A DNA stretch of 32,607 nucleotides from a virus (lineage: Duplodnaviria > Caudoviricetes). The DNA lies in the IMG/VR virus record IMGVR_UViG_3300032170_000043, positions 1-32,607 of that record. One strand, 5' to 3'. Under the pieces are notes generated by a model. That model was not told the DNA's origin, did no database searches, and worked only from the letters and a program-made list of their open reading frames with translations. Made by a program: the position numbers and the translations under genes. Positions 24,086 to 32,607 of the stretch are shown here, piece by piece; the first letter of the stretch is position 1; the number at the start of each line of letters is the position of its first letter.

Positions 24086-25930
24086 ATGCCTGCCGAATAC
24101 TGGGGTTTTATTGACCCTGAGAGAAAGAGGATAGAAAAGGCACTATTAAGTGCACAGTTAGCTCGATTAGAAGAGCAACCTATGGGTGCTGGAGGAGGTC
24201 TTGCTGGTGCCCTAGAGGATGATTCGCTTGAATGGGAAAAACTTGAATTTCAAAGACAACAATTGAAAGAGCAAACGGAACTGGCAAAAGCACAGCAGTT
24301 ATTGTTAGAAAGAAAAATGACTTTAGAAGAGGAAGAGGCTGAGGCACCCTTTACCATAGGTGAGTCATATATTACTCGTGAGGGTGAGCCTTTATATGAA
24401 CCTCCTATGAGAGCAGGACTAGGAGAAACAATAGTTCGTCCAACTACAGGAGAAATGTTAAAAGAGCCTTTTGTTAAAATAGGCACAGCTACTCTCATAG
24501 ACACAATGGGCAATGTTGTATACTCAGAACCCGAAGTTAATATCTCTGGCTCTGAGATGATTGTTACTAATAGGGCTACTGGAGAGGTGATAAATCGTAT
24601 AGATATTGAACGAGTTCCTAGAGGATTCAAACCTCAATTAGATACTAAAGGGAATGTATATATCACTAATCTTGATACTGGAGAAAGTGAATTAGCTTTC
24701 CCAAGTGCTTACTACGAGATGGAAGTTGAATTGAAAGGAAGAGAACTTGATGTAGAAGAAGAAAGGACTGAAGCACTACTCTATGGATATGATGTAGAGA
24801 AATATGGAGATGATATAGCAAAGTATATTGCAGATTTGGGATATGTTGAGACGATAGACAAAGCAAATATAGAAAGAGATATTTGGAATAGCAGAAATCT
24901 AACAGCAATTAAAAAACAAGAGCTTATATATGAGTTAGGTGTATTAACGAATGAGTCTGAGGAAAGAAGAAATACAGCAACAATAGAGGCAGGAGACCGT
25001 AAGTTAGTATCGGAAAGATATAAAGTAGGTTATGTGCCTCAGAGTGCAGAAGAAGCATTGGCTTATGAGGATGCAAAGGCTCAGATAGAAGCAAGCTATG
25101 CACCTTACACTTCTCCAAACGATATGAACATAGGTGATGCAGAAGCATGGTTAGCATATGAGGCTGGGATAGAACTATTTGTTGACAAGGGTAAAACAGA
25201 TGAGAAGATTCGCTATGAAAATATGAAGGCTCGTGCAGGTAGAACTCCAGAGGATATTCTTAAACAACGTGCAATTTCTATGATGGGAATACCTGAAGGA
25301 GCTGGATTAGGAAGAGAACTTTTGGAACTTCCATTAGAAGAATTGGGACTTGAACGAGAAAAATTAGAGTTCAAGAGAGAAGAAGCTGAACTTAAAAGAC
25401 AAGGGGAGGCTATGGGTGAAACCAGGGAAGATACAGAATATCTTATGAGCCTTATGTTAAGAGCTACAGCAACACACAAAGCCACTCTTGGTCTTTATAC
25501 TGAAGAAGACAAAGTTGCAGCAGCAAACACGCTTCTTGAGTTAATCCGTACAGATACATCAATACCACCTGAAACTAAAATGAGATGGTTAGAGACTGCT
25601 CCTTCTCTTATGGGAGTAACTTTAGCTGAGGAACTTAAAAGAGACAGACCTTACTTTGATTGGTTTAGGGGAATGTGGAATCAAGCACTTACTGAGGCCG
25701 CAGGGGAAGCTATGGAGATGAGAAGAGAGGTTGAAAGATTTGAGAAGGCTCCTACTACTTTACCTACCAAGACTCGTAGAGGACTTTCATTTGCTGAAAT
25801 TCAAAAAGAAGTTAATAGGATTTATAGAGAGACTGGAAGTAGAAAGGATGTAACTAAATATCTCAAAAAGTATGGTATGACCATAGACGATTATAGAGAG
25901 GAGCTACAAAAAGTTACGCCTACGGAGTAA
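24086..25930 (+). CDS. Internal virion / ejection protein (putative)
   Basis: 614 aa, Glu-rich and helical, with short internal xTGE repeats; synteny. Confidence 0.55.
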   Translation: MPAEYWGFIDPERKRIEKALLSAQLARLEEQPMGAGGGLAGALEDDSLEWEKLEFQRQQLKEQTELAKAQQLLLERKMTLEEEEAEAPFTIGESYITREGEPLYEPPMRAGLGETIVRPTTGEMLKEPFVKIGTATLIDTMGNVVYSEPEVNISGSEMIVTNRATGEVINRIDIERVPRGFKPQLDTKGNVYITNLDTGESELAFPSAYYEMEVELKGRELDVEEERTEALLYGYDVEKYGDDIAKYIADLGYVETIDKANIERDIWNSRNLTAIKKQELIYELGVLTNESEERRNTATIEAGDRKLVSERYKVGYVPQSAEEALAYEDAKAQIEASYAPYTSPNDMNIGDAEAWLAYEAGIELFVDKGKTDEKIRYENMKARAGRTPEDILKQRAISMMGIPEGAGLGRELLELPLEELGLEREKLEFKREEAELKRQGEAMGETREDTEYLMSLMLRATATHKATLGLYTEEDKVAAANTLLELIRTDTSIPPETKMRWLETAPSLMGVTLAEELKRDRPYFDWFRGMWNQALTEAAGEAMEMRREVERFEKAPTTLPTKTRRGLSFAEIQKEVNRIYRETGSRKDVTKYLKKYGMTIDDYREELQKVTPTE

Positions 25931-25933
25931 AGA

Positions 25934-28900
25934 ATGCCTACATTCGAGTTTGATGAACTTCTTTTGGGAAAGGAAACACTAGACTTTGATAAAATTTTAC
26001 TGGATGAGAAAGAAGATAGTTTTGATAGGACGCTATTAGAGGAAGAGACTACTCCTTGGGAAAAGATAGTAAGAAGCCTCAAAAAAGCAGATGAATGGTT
26101 TAGAACTGAATATCCTAAATACGACCCTCTGTCTTTTGAAAATCAGGGAAGAAATTGGACAACAATAGCTCGTATTCTTCCTGGACAAGAAGATTTACCT
26201 TCTTGGGATGAGCAAAAACCAGCAAGACAACTTCTTACTTATGCTCAAAATGCTGCAGTTGGCTCTGTTATTCCTCTGTTAATTAAGATGGGAATAACAA
26301 GCATAGCAGGTATAAGAAATGCTATTAAATATAATCGAGAACTCAAAAGAAGTCTTCAACCTCTTCTTCAGCAAGCCAAAAAACAGGCAGAGTTTAAAGC
26401 TCTTCCTAAATTTACAAAACCTGCCCCCTTTGTAGTATCTGAAAAACTGCCTTCTGGACAAGTTAGACGTGTTGCAGCAGAGAAACCTACGGGATTAGAA
26501 AAATTTTTTCCTATAACTAAAAAGGTAATTGCTACTCCCCCCTCAATGGTAATGCTGGTAAAGGAGTTTGAGCAAGGGGGAACACAAGCAGTAGTTAATG
26601 CTATTAAAGCACCATATGCTGTAGTTGAAATTGCCAAGAGAGACCCTCTCAGAATAGCCATTGAAAACCTTGCCAAAATTCACATTAAAGCTCATGCTCC
26701 TAGCCTTGTAGCCATGGCAAAAGAAAAAGCTGCCAAAGACATCGCTTTACACGTTATGAAAGGACTTCCTCAAACTTTCAAACCAGCAGTAGCAGACACC
26801 ATGATAGACCAGGCATTTAAACTTATAGCTGCTGCCATACCACAACTTGAGGCTTTTGGCTCATGGACACCTCCCAGAAGAGAAGTAGAAGCACCTGTTA
26901 AGGAACTTATAAAACGAGAGTTCGTAGAGCGTCCTCTTACTGCGGCTGAGATTAAGAAACCTGCTGAAGTTGTTGAAAAAATAACACCTCCCAAACTAGA
27001 GGAGCCTATAACTTCCATCACAGAAAAACAACTCCACACTATCGAAAGTCTAAAGGGTGAAAAGAAATTCTCTCCTCGCATAATGAGAAAAGCTACTATG
27101 GCTTTTGCTGATAAACCAGATGTAGAAAGTTTAAATGAACAAGAAGCTGCTGCACTTATTGAGGGAATGAAAGCTGTACCTTTACGTGCTAGTGGTAAAC
27201 CCTACCTCCCTCCCCATACAGGCGACCTTTTACCCTCTCATTTCTTTACCAAAGGAAGAGCTGCGGGGATTGAGTCAATGATTGTGCCTGCATGGAGATA
27301 TATGGAAAGAATCAATGCAAAAGAGATTTATGATGAAGTAGAAGGAGTATATATAAACTATCAGCAAGAGGTACATGATAAGTTTCGTCTCTATGATGAA
27401 CTTGATAGAGCTATGAAAGGAATTAAAGGTCAAAGACAACGAGTCTTTGATTACGTTGATGGAGTTCTACCTGAAAATATAACTCTTACTCCTCAAGAAA
27501 CCGTAGCAGCAAATAAACTTCGTGCAGTTTTTGATGATTTTGCAGACAGATTAAATATTCCTCCAGAACATCGAAAAGAACATTATATCTATCATCTCTT
27601 TAATGCTGCTACCCGAAAAGAGCTTACAGAAAAACATCCCTTTGTAGATGAGGCTCATAAAGACATCCCCCTTACTGATGCAATGATGAGTGCTTTAGCA
27701 ATGAAGGTTCCTAAAGAGATATTTACTCCTACTTTACTTGAGCGATTAGGAAGAAGGCAAGGACTTGTGCGAGATTGGAAAAAAGCAGCAAGAGCACTCA
27801 CCTCTATTGACCTTCGCCGTATTCATCTCCAGCCTGCCTTTGAAAAAATAAGACCTCTCGTTAGCAAATATCCTGAAACTTCAAGACGCTATATTAATGA
27901 TTGGCTTGCCTATGCAGTTTTGAAAAAGCAACCTCCATTAGACCAGGTTATAAATGCAAGACTTAGATATTTTACTGACTTTATAGAAAATGCCTCTAAG
28001 GGAAAAGTCTCCTTCGGTGCAAACCCAATGAAAACACTAGGCTATGTTTTTAGTAAGGCAGCTTATGGAGGTGCAGTAGCTTTTAATATAGCTATTGTAG
28101 GTAAAAACTTAACTCAGCAAATGCTTATACCTCCTCTCCTTCGCAACCCCGTTCACTATGGACAAGCGTGGGGAGATATATTTACCGACAAAGGAAAATA
28201 TCTTTTAGGACAAAGTAAAGTCCTGATTGAACGTTTTCCCATGGAGGCTTTCGACCCTAAAGATATAGGAAAGTGGCTTCAGAAAGGAATGACACCTTAC
28301 AAATTAGTTGATTATCTTAATGTCTCCATAGCCTTCCTCGCTGGTCATAGGGACGCTCTTGGAATGAAATTATCTCCAGAAGAAGCAATTAAATATGCTG
28401 ACAGGATAGCTAAAATTTCTCAGTATTCCTATCGTCCTATAGATATGCCCCAATTTATGTGGGAAAAAGGTGGGGTAGGACGTATAGCGGGTGTACTTCA
28501 AACTTGGCCTATCAATTACTTTATGAACTATATTCCTGAGCTTGTATATCCTATATTTACAGGATACGACACAGCAGGAAATAAGGTGCCCATACAGAAA
28601 AGAGCAGGTCTTCTCAATCATTTAGTTATAGCCTCGCTGTTTATCTACGGAATGTATAAGTTTGCCAGGGTAGATTTTAGAAAGACATTTGGTTTAGGGG
28701 TTATACCTGCATATCTTATGCCTGCTTTGAATGTCGGTCTCTCATTGGGAATGGTAGTCCACGGGTTAGCAACTAATGACTATAGAGAAATAAGAGAAGG
28801 GAAAAGAAAACTCTTAAATATGCCATTTATGTTCATTCCTGCTGGAGTTCAACAGAAAAAAACCTATGATGCCTATCAAAGACTTACTACGGGAGTAGAA

Positions 28901-29239
28901 ACCGATAAAGCGGGAAGGATGAGACGAGACGTTACAAAAGAGGAAGCTATTAAAGGTATATTTACTTACCCCGCTGAGAGGTCTGATTTTTGGGATACAC
29001 AAAATAAGGTGGGGGAGTTGGAAACTAGAATGTATGACATAAGAACTCAGCTCTCTCGTCTTCAATCTATAGGAGCCTCATATCCAAGAATAAAAAGATT
29101 AGAGGATAAACTCAAATTGTTAGGGAAAGATTATCAGAAGTTTTCTCAAAAACTTGGAGATATTCGTGAAGGTTATCCTACGGAAGATGATAGAAACTGG
29201 ATTGAAAAAATCCTTCACACTTGGAATTTGTGGCCTTGA
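25934..29239 (+). CDS. Large internal virion / ejection protein (putative)
   Basis: 1101 aa, helical, with a hydrophobic C-terminal third (KNLTQ, EEAIKYAD..SQYSY, LQTWP). Largest and last gene of the morphogenesis operon. Confidence 0.65.
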   Translation: MPTFEFDELLLGKETLDFDKILLDEKEDSFDRTLLEEETTPWEKIVRSLKKADEWFRTEYPKYDPLSFENQGRNWTTIARILPGQEDLPSWDEQKPARQLLTYAQNAAVGSVIPLLIKMGITSIAGIRNAIKYNRELKRSLQPLLQQAKKQAEFKALPKFTKPAPFVVSEKLPSGQVRRVAAEKPTGLEKFFPITKKVIATPPSMVMLVKEFEQGGTQAVVNAIKAPYAVVEIAKRDPLRIAIENLAKIHIKAHAPSLVAMAKEKAAKDIALHVMKGLPQTFKPAVADTMIDQAFKLIAAAIPQLEAFGSWTPPRREVEAPVKELIKREFVERPLTAAEIKKPAEVVEKITPPKLEEPITSITEKQLHTIESLKGEKKFSPRIMRKATMAFADKPDVESLNEQEAAALIEGMKAVPLRASGKPYLPPHTGDLLPSHFFTKGRAAGIESMIVPAWRYMERINAKEIYDEVEGVYINYQQEVHDKFRLYDELDRAMKGIKGQRQRVFDYVDGVLPENITLTPQETVAANKLRAVFDDFADRLNIPPEHRKEHYIYHLFNAATRKELTEKHPFVDEAHKDIPLTDAMMSALAMKVPKEIFTPTLLERLGRRQGLVRDWKKAARALTSIDLRRIHLQPAFEKIRPLVSKYPETSRRYINDWLAYAVLKKQPPLDQVINARLRYFTDFIENASKGKVSFGANPMKTLGYVFSKAAYGGAVAFNIAIVGKNLTQQMLIPPLLRNPVHYGQAWGDIFTDKGKYLLGQSKVLIERFPMEAFDPKDIGKWLQKGMTPYKLVDYLNVSIAFLAGHRDALGMKLSPEEAIKYADRIAKISQYSYRPIDMPQFMWEKGGVGRIAGVLQTWPINYFMNYIPELVYPIFTGYDTAGNKVPIQKRAGLLNHLVIASLFIYGMYKFARVDFRKTFGLGVIPAYLMPALNVGLSLGMVVHGLATNDYREIREGKRKLLNMPFMFIPAGVQQKKTYDAYQRLTTGVETDKAGRMRRDVTKEEAIKGIFTYPAERSDFWDTQNKVGELETRMYDIRTQLSRLQSIGASYPRIKRLEDKLKLLGKDYQKFSQKLGDIREGYPTEDDRNWIEKILHTWNLWP

Positions 29240-29248
29240 TAAGTGGGG

Positions 29249-29276
29249 TTGACTAGGTTCCCTTTATGATTACACT
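29249..29276 (+). promoter_or_regulatory. sigma70-like promoter TTGACT-N16-TACACT
   Basis: Match immediately after the last structural gene and before a new small-gene cluster. Confidence 0.55.
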
Positions 29277-29383
29277 ATAATTACTCCTCATTAAAACTTA
29301 CCTGTTGCCCCACCTATACAAATTTCCTTAATTTTAATCAATTGGTTGTTGTTAAATTAAATGATTATTAAAGGAGGAAGAAT

Positions 29384-29563
29384 ATGAGTTGGGCAATGGA
29401 GAAGATTGAATATTATAATTGTCCAAGATGTCAAGGATATGGCAAGATTCATCAACCTCCATTTTTTGTGGTTTCTTGCAAACATTGTAAAGGCTCTGGC
29501 CATATAGATGATGCTAAAAGGCAAACAATAGATAGGCAAACAGATGAAATTCCTAATAATTGA
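29384..29563 (+). CDS. DnaJ-type zinc finger peptide, 59 aa
   Basis: Translated by hand: CPRCQGYG and CKHCKGSG (two CxxCxGxG). AAGGAGG SD. Confidence 0.75.
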   Translation: MSWAMEKIEYYNCPRCQGYGKIHQPPFFVVSCKHCKGSGHIDDAKRQTIDRQTDEIPNN

Positions 29564-29567
29564 TGAA
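29544..29567 (+). repeat. 24-bp exact copy of the first 24 nt of the ATP-grasp gene (31530-31553)
   Basis: ATGAAATTCCTAATAATTGATGAA at both positions. Confidence 0.9.
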
Positions 29568-29589
29568 TGATTATTAAGGGAGGTGAATA

Positions 29590-29790
29590 ATGAAAAGGTC
29601 TGACCAACTTATGCTCTGTCCATTTTGTATAGCTCATGGGACAAAAGCTCCTATAACAGCAGTTCCTGAAGCCTTTCGTAGCTACTCTATGCGTCTTCGT
29701 GGATGGTGTCAAAACTGTAAAAGACCCATAATAGAATATGCGGATGAATTATTTATGGCTTTGGATAAACCAAGTAAAAAAGATAGTTAA
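29590..29790 (+). CDS. Zinc-ribbon protein
   Basis: CPFC..CQNC; GGAGGTGA SD. Confidence 0.7.
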   Translation: MKRSDQLMLCPFCIAHGTKAPITAVPEAFRSYSMRLRGWCQNCKRPIIEYADELFMALDKPSKKDS

Positions 29791-29796
29791 ATAAAG

Positions 29797-30144
29797 ATGA
29801 ATTCTACATTGATAATGTCATATAATACAGGCCCCGTAATAATAACTTCGGTGTCTTTTATGAGAATAAAAAAAGAACAAGGTCTACCTCTACTTTGGAC
29901 GAAACAAAGACTTCTTTTCAGGCATGATTGGAAAAGATTAAGTCTTGTGTTGTTGTGGCCATCAAAAATGAAGCACTTAAATCCTTTTTTTAGGTGGGGA
30001 GAATACCGATATGGGATAGCATTTCAATGTGGAGAGGTAGCATACTTAATAATAAATTTCTTATTGTGCTTACTTATCGTTTGGCCACCATCCTCCGAAT
30101 TACCATTACCGAAAAATCTAAAGAAACCTTATGAAGTTAGCTGA
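29797..30144 (+). CDS. Hypothetical protein
   Basis: ORF in the cluster direction; start uncertain. Confidence 0.45.
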   Translation: MNSTLIMSYNTGPVIITSVSFMRIKKEQGLPLLWTKQRLLFRHDWKRLSLVLLWPSKMKHLNPFFRWGEYRYGIAFQCGEVAYLIINFLLCLLIVWPPSSELPLPKNLKKPYEVS

Positions 30145-30286
30145 ACTATACACTTTAACATGGAAAATAGAAAGAAAAATACTTAAAAAACATCAGAAAT
30201 ATGAGGATGCGAAAACAGAAGTTTTTAAGGCTATAATTAAGCCAGAGTATAGGAAGCTAATAAAGTGGGTAGATTGGAAGGAATAA
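30131..30286 (+). CDS. Hypothetical protein, 51 aa
   Basis: Translated by hand (MKLAELYTLTWKIERKIL...); fills the gap between its neighbours. Confidence 0.5.
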   Translation: MKLAELYTLTWKIERKILKKHQKYEDAKTEVFKAIIKPEYRKLIKWVDWKE

Positions 30287-30291
30287 ATTAA

Positions 30292-30588
30292 ATGAGTTGG
30301 AGAATAAATATAGGTTTTAGCACCCCTTGGGCTGATGCTTGTTGGTTGGATTTAACTGATGAAAATGAAGCTAAAAAAATTATAGAACACTATGCCTACC
30401 AGAGACCTTTGAAAATTTCATATTTAAAAGATTGTGAAGAATTTGCATTGCGATTTGCTGAATTGCTTGAAGAGTATGGCCCAGATTATGATGATGTTTG
30501 GTTTACCTATGAAGTAATTTTTAGACCTATTGGTGAGCACATAACTATTGAAGAATTAAAAAAGATAGTAAGAAAATTAAATGTTTAA
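30292..30588 (+). CDS. Hypothetical protein
   Basis: 98-aa ORF with AAGGA SD. Confidence 0.65.
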   Translation: MSWRINIGFSTPWADACWLDLTDENEAKKIIEHYAYQRPLKISYLKDCEEFALRFAELLEEYGPDYDDVWFTYEVIFRPIGEHITIEELKKIVRKLNV

Positions 30589-30618
30589 CTGGTTAAAACA
30601 TCCAGAAGTGGAGGATAA

Positions 30619-31533
30619 ATGATTAGAGATACTTTCTGGATAGATAATCCCGATATTTATAATTATATCAAACATAGTTATTCTACCTTAAAAGATTTTG
30701 AAATTTCAAAACAGATTAGTAATAATTGGCATATTGATGTTGACCCAGAGAAGATACGAAATCTACGCAGAAAAGAAAACTGGAAGAAAAAAGAATTTAA
30801 TAGTAGTGAACATTTTGAGAAAGTAGTATTTATAAATTGTCTACATATTCCCTTCCAAGACCAAAAACTTTTTGACCTTCTTATGTCTTTTCTTCGTTAT
30901 TTCAAGCCCAATAAGCTATATATTTTAGGCGATTTCCTTGACTGGTATACTATTAGTTATTTTGATAAAAATCCGAAGCGTATGGGGCACTTACAGGACG
31001 ATTTGGATATGGGGGATAGATTACTTGAGCGACTATATAATATGGTAGAAAATGTAGAATTTCTGGATGGTAATCACGAATATAGAATGATAAGGTATCT
31101 TAGACAAAATCCTGAACTTTATGGGTTGAAGTGTCTTGAAATTCCATCTCTTTTGCATCTTAAAGAAAGAGGAATAAAACATTATTCTTATCTTCGTCCT
31201 CCAATTAAATATCATAATTTTCAGATACATCACGGTAGTTTAATAAGAAAATACTCAGGTTGGACAGCTAAAGGTCATTGGGAGAAATTTGGGGGATGTG
31301 GAATAGTAGGTCATTCACATAGAGGAGGGAATTTTCTTAAACGAACTAGCCTGGGAATATCTGGTTGGTATGAGAATATGTGTCTTTGCTCATTAGAACC
31401 AGAATACCTAGACTTTGCTGACTGGGTTCAGGGGTGGAGTATAGCTTATTTTACAAAGAAAGACCTATTTCATCTTGAGCAGGTGCCAGTAATTGACCAT
31501 CAATTTTTATTTCAAGGGAAGCTATTCCAATGA
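30619..31533 (+). CDS. Calcineurin-like metallophosphoesterase with N-terminal HTH-like region
   Basis: GDFLD, GNHE, HHG and GHSH motifs. The first motif reads NCLH instead of the usual xDxH. Confidence 0.88.
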   Translation: MIRDTFWIDNPDIYNYIKHSYSTLKDFEISKQISNNWHIDVDPEKIRNLRRKENWKKKEFNSSEHFEKVVFINCLHIPFQDQKLFDLLMSFLRYFKPNKLYILGDFLDWYTISYFDKNPKRMGHLQDDLDMGDRLLERLYNMVENVEFLDGNHEYRMIRYLRQNPELYGLKCLEIPSLLHLKERGIKHYSYLRPPIKYHNFQIHHGSLIRKYSGWTAKGHWEKFGGCGIVGHSHRGGNFLKRTSLGISGWYENMCLCSLEPEYLDFADWVQGWSIAYFTKKDLFHLEQVPVIDHQFLFQGKLFQ

Positions 31534-32588
31534 AATTCCTAATAATTGATGAAGCAAATTATCTAAGCACTCTTGTAGGGTGTATAAAGGATGAGGGGTT
31601 TGATGCTACTCTTATAACTTCCACAAAGGAATATGTAAAGGGTGCAGATGTTGTCCTTGCCAACACACTCAAGCCTATATATCGTCCTAAACACATATTC
31701 ATAGGCTTAACTGAGAGTATATTTACGGTGCTTATAGATAGAGACTATATGCTCAAAGTGCTTAAAGCGATGGAAATAAATATACCTTCTATTTACATCG
31801 CTAAGGAGGGAGAAGTTTCTACGGACATTATAGAGGACAAAAAATATGCCATTGAAACAATTGCTTTCCCCTCCTATTTTAATATAGGGATGGAGGATGC
31901 ACTTGCTGTTCTTAAGTTCTCTAACGGGAATAAGTTAACGACATTAGTGCGAGAAGTTCCTTACAAGTTTGAGCTTGAAATTGAGGGATGGTTTAATGGT
32001 GCGGAGATAATGATTCCCTCATACATTATTTTTGACGATTGTATTTTGCATCCTCTGTCCCGCTCCTCTAATCTCTACAAAGAAACTTTGAAGAAACTTG
32101 AGAAAGCACTCAAGAAAATGGACTACAAAGGCCCCATCAGTTTAACCCTTGGAGTTGACGATAAGAATGTCTATTCCATACAAATAAACTGCATCTTTCG
32201 CCCTATGGTATTCGAGGCAATGAAAAAGATAGGTGATAATCTTCGTGCAGTTATTACGGGAGCAAAAAATATGCTCAACATGTATGATGGGTGGACAGAA
32301 CAACTTCCTCTTGTTAATCCTTTATGTTTTGGTTCATACAATTTCCCTCTTCTTGGCTATAGACAAGCAAACAAAAAACATATTTGGATAGAATTTGTAG
32401 AAAAAAACGGTGAATATTTCTACAACACGAATGGTTATATAACTGCCAGAGGACAAACGCCAAGAGAGTGTTCAAGGAGACTTGTGAGGACTCGACAGAA
32501 CTTAGTTATTCCTTTCTCTATTAACTGTCCTACGGCAAAGAGAGTAAATGAGAGATATAAGTTACTGAAGGAGTGGGGATGGATATAA
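31530..32588 (+). CDS. Divergent ATP-grasp protein (PurD/GARS-like)
   Basis: DRDYMLKVLKAMEINIP, ELEIEGWFNG, LKKMDYKGPISL and ITARGQT..EC..R segments match the PurD-like layout. The Gly-rich loop appears to be missing. Confidence 0.65.
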   Translation: MKFLIIDEANYLSTLVGCIKDEGFDATLITSTKEYVKGADVVLANTLKPIYRPKHIFIGLTESIFTVLIDRDYMLKVLKAMEINIPSIYIAKEGEVSTDIIEDKKYAIETIAFPSYFNIGMEDALAVLKFSNGNKLTTLVREVPYKFELEIEGWFNGAEIMIPSYIIFDDCILHPLSRSSNLYKETLKKLEKALKKMDYKGPISLTLGVDDKNVYSIQINCIFRPMVFEAMKKIGDNLRAVITGAKNMLNMYDGWTEQLPLVNPLCFGSYNFPLLGYRQANKKHIWIEFVEKNGEYFYNTNGYITARGQTPRECSRRLVRTRQNLVIPFSINCPTAKRVNERYKLLKEWGWI

Positions 32589-32607
32589 GTAAAAAATATA
32601 TTGAGAT

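Noticed and set aside
5450-31233. Numerous minus-strand and alternate-frame ORFs in the track (e.g. 5717-6310, 10446-10835, 13752-14108, 24250-24630, 26770-27081)
   Set aside because: They fully overlap well-supported plus-strand genes and lack SDs and motifs; they are shadow ORFs.
31530-32588. Calling the last gene purD (auxiliary metabolic gene)
   Set aside because: Key PurD motifs are missing, so only fold-level similarity is supported.

Overview
This window is part of the genome of a tailed dsDNA bacteriophage with a podovirus-like (short-tail) gene set. The left end (1-3.9 kb) is a leftward cluster of small early or regulatory genes, including a ribbon-helix-helix repressor and a degenerate HNH fused to an Sm-like domain, around an AT-rich repeat region that may be an origin. 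From about 4.1 kb the genes run rightward: HNH endonuclease, a structured leader, small and large terminase, a LamG fibre cassette with a methyltransferase and a glycosyltransferase, portal, scaffold, major capsid, decoration and beta-helix proteins, adaptor, nozzle, tail proteins, three ejection-type proteins, small Zn-finger genes, a metallophosphoesterase and a degenerate ATP-grasp protein. The most striking feature is a type IV minor-pilin-like gene inserted antisense in the tail module, with its own promoter and an exact 37-bp direct repeat around it. Several other accessory genes are also bracketed by duplicated gene-boundary sequence. Other points of interest are a chain of stop-start minicistrons after the portal, a candidate antisense sRNA, a candidate terminator/antiterminator switch, and seven sigma70-like promoters that all have a 16-nt spacer. 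All protein calls come from motif recognition and synteny by eye; no database search was run.
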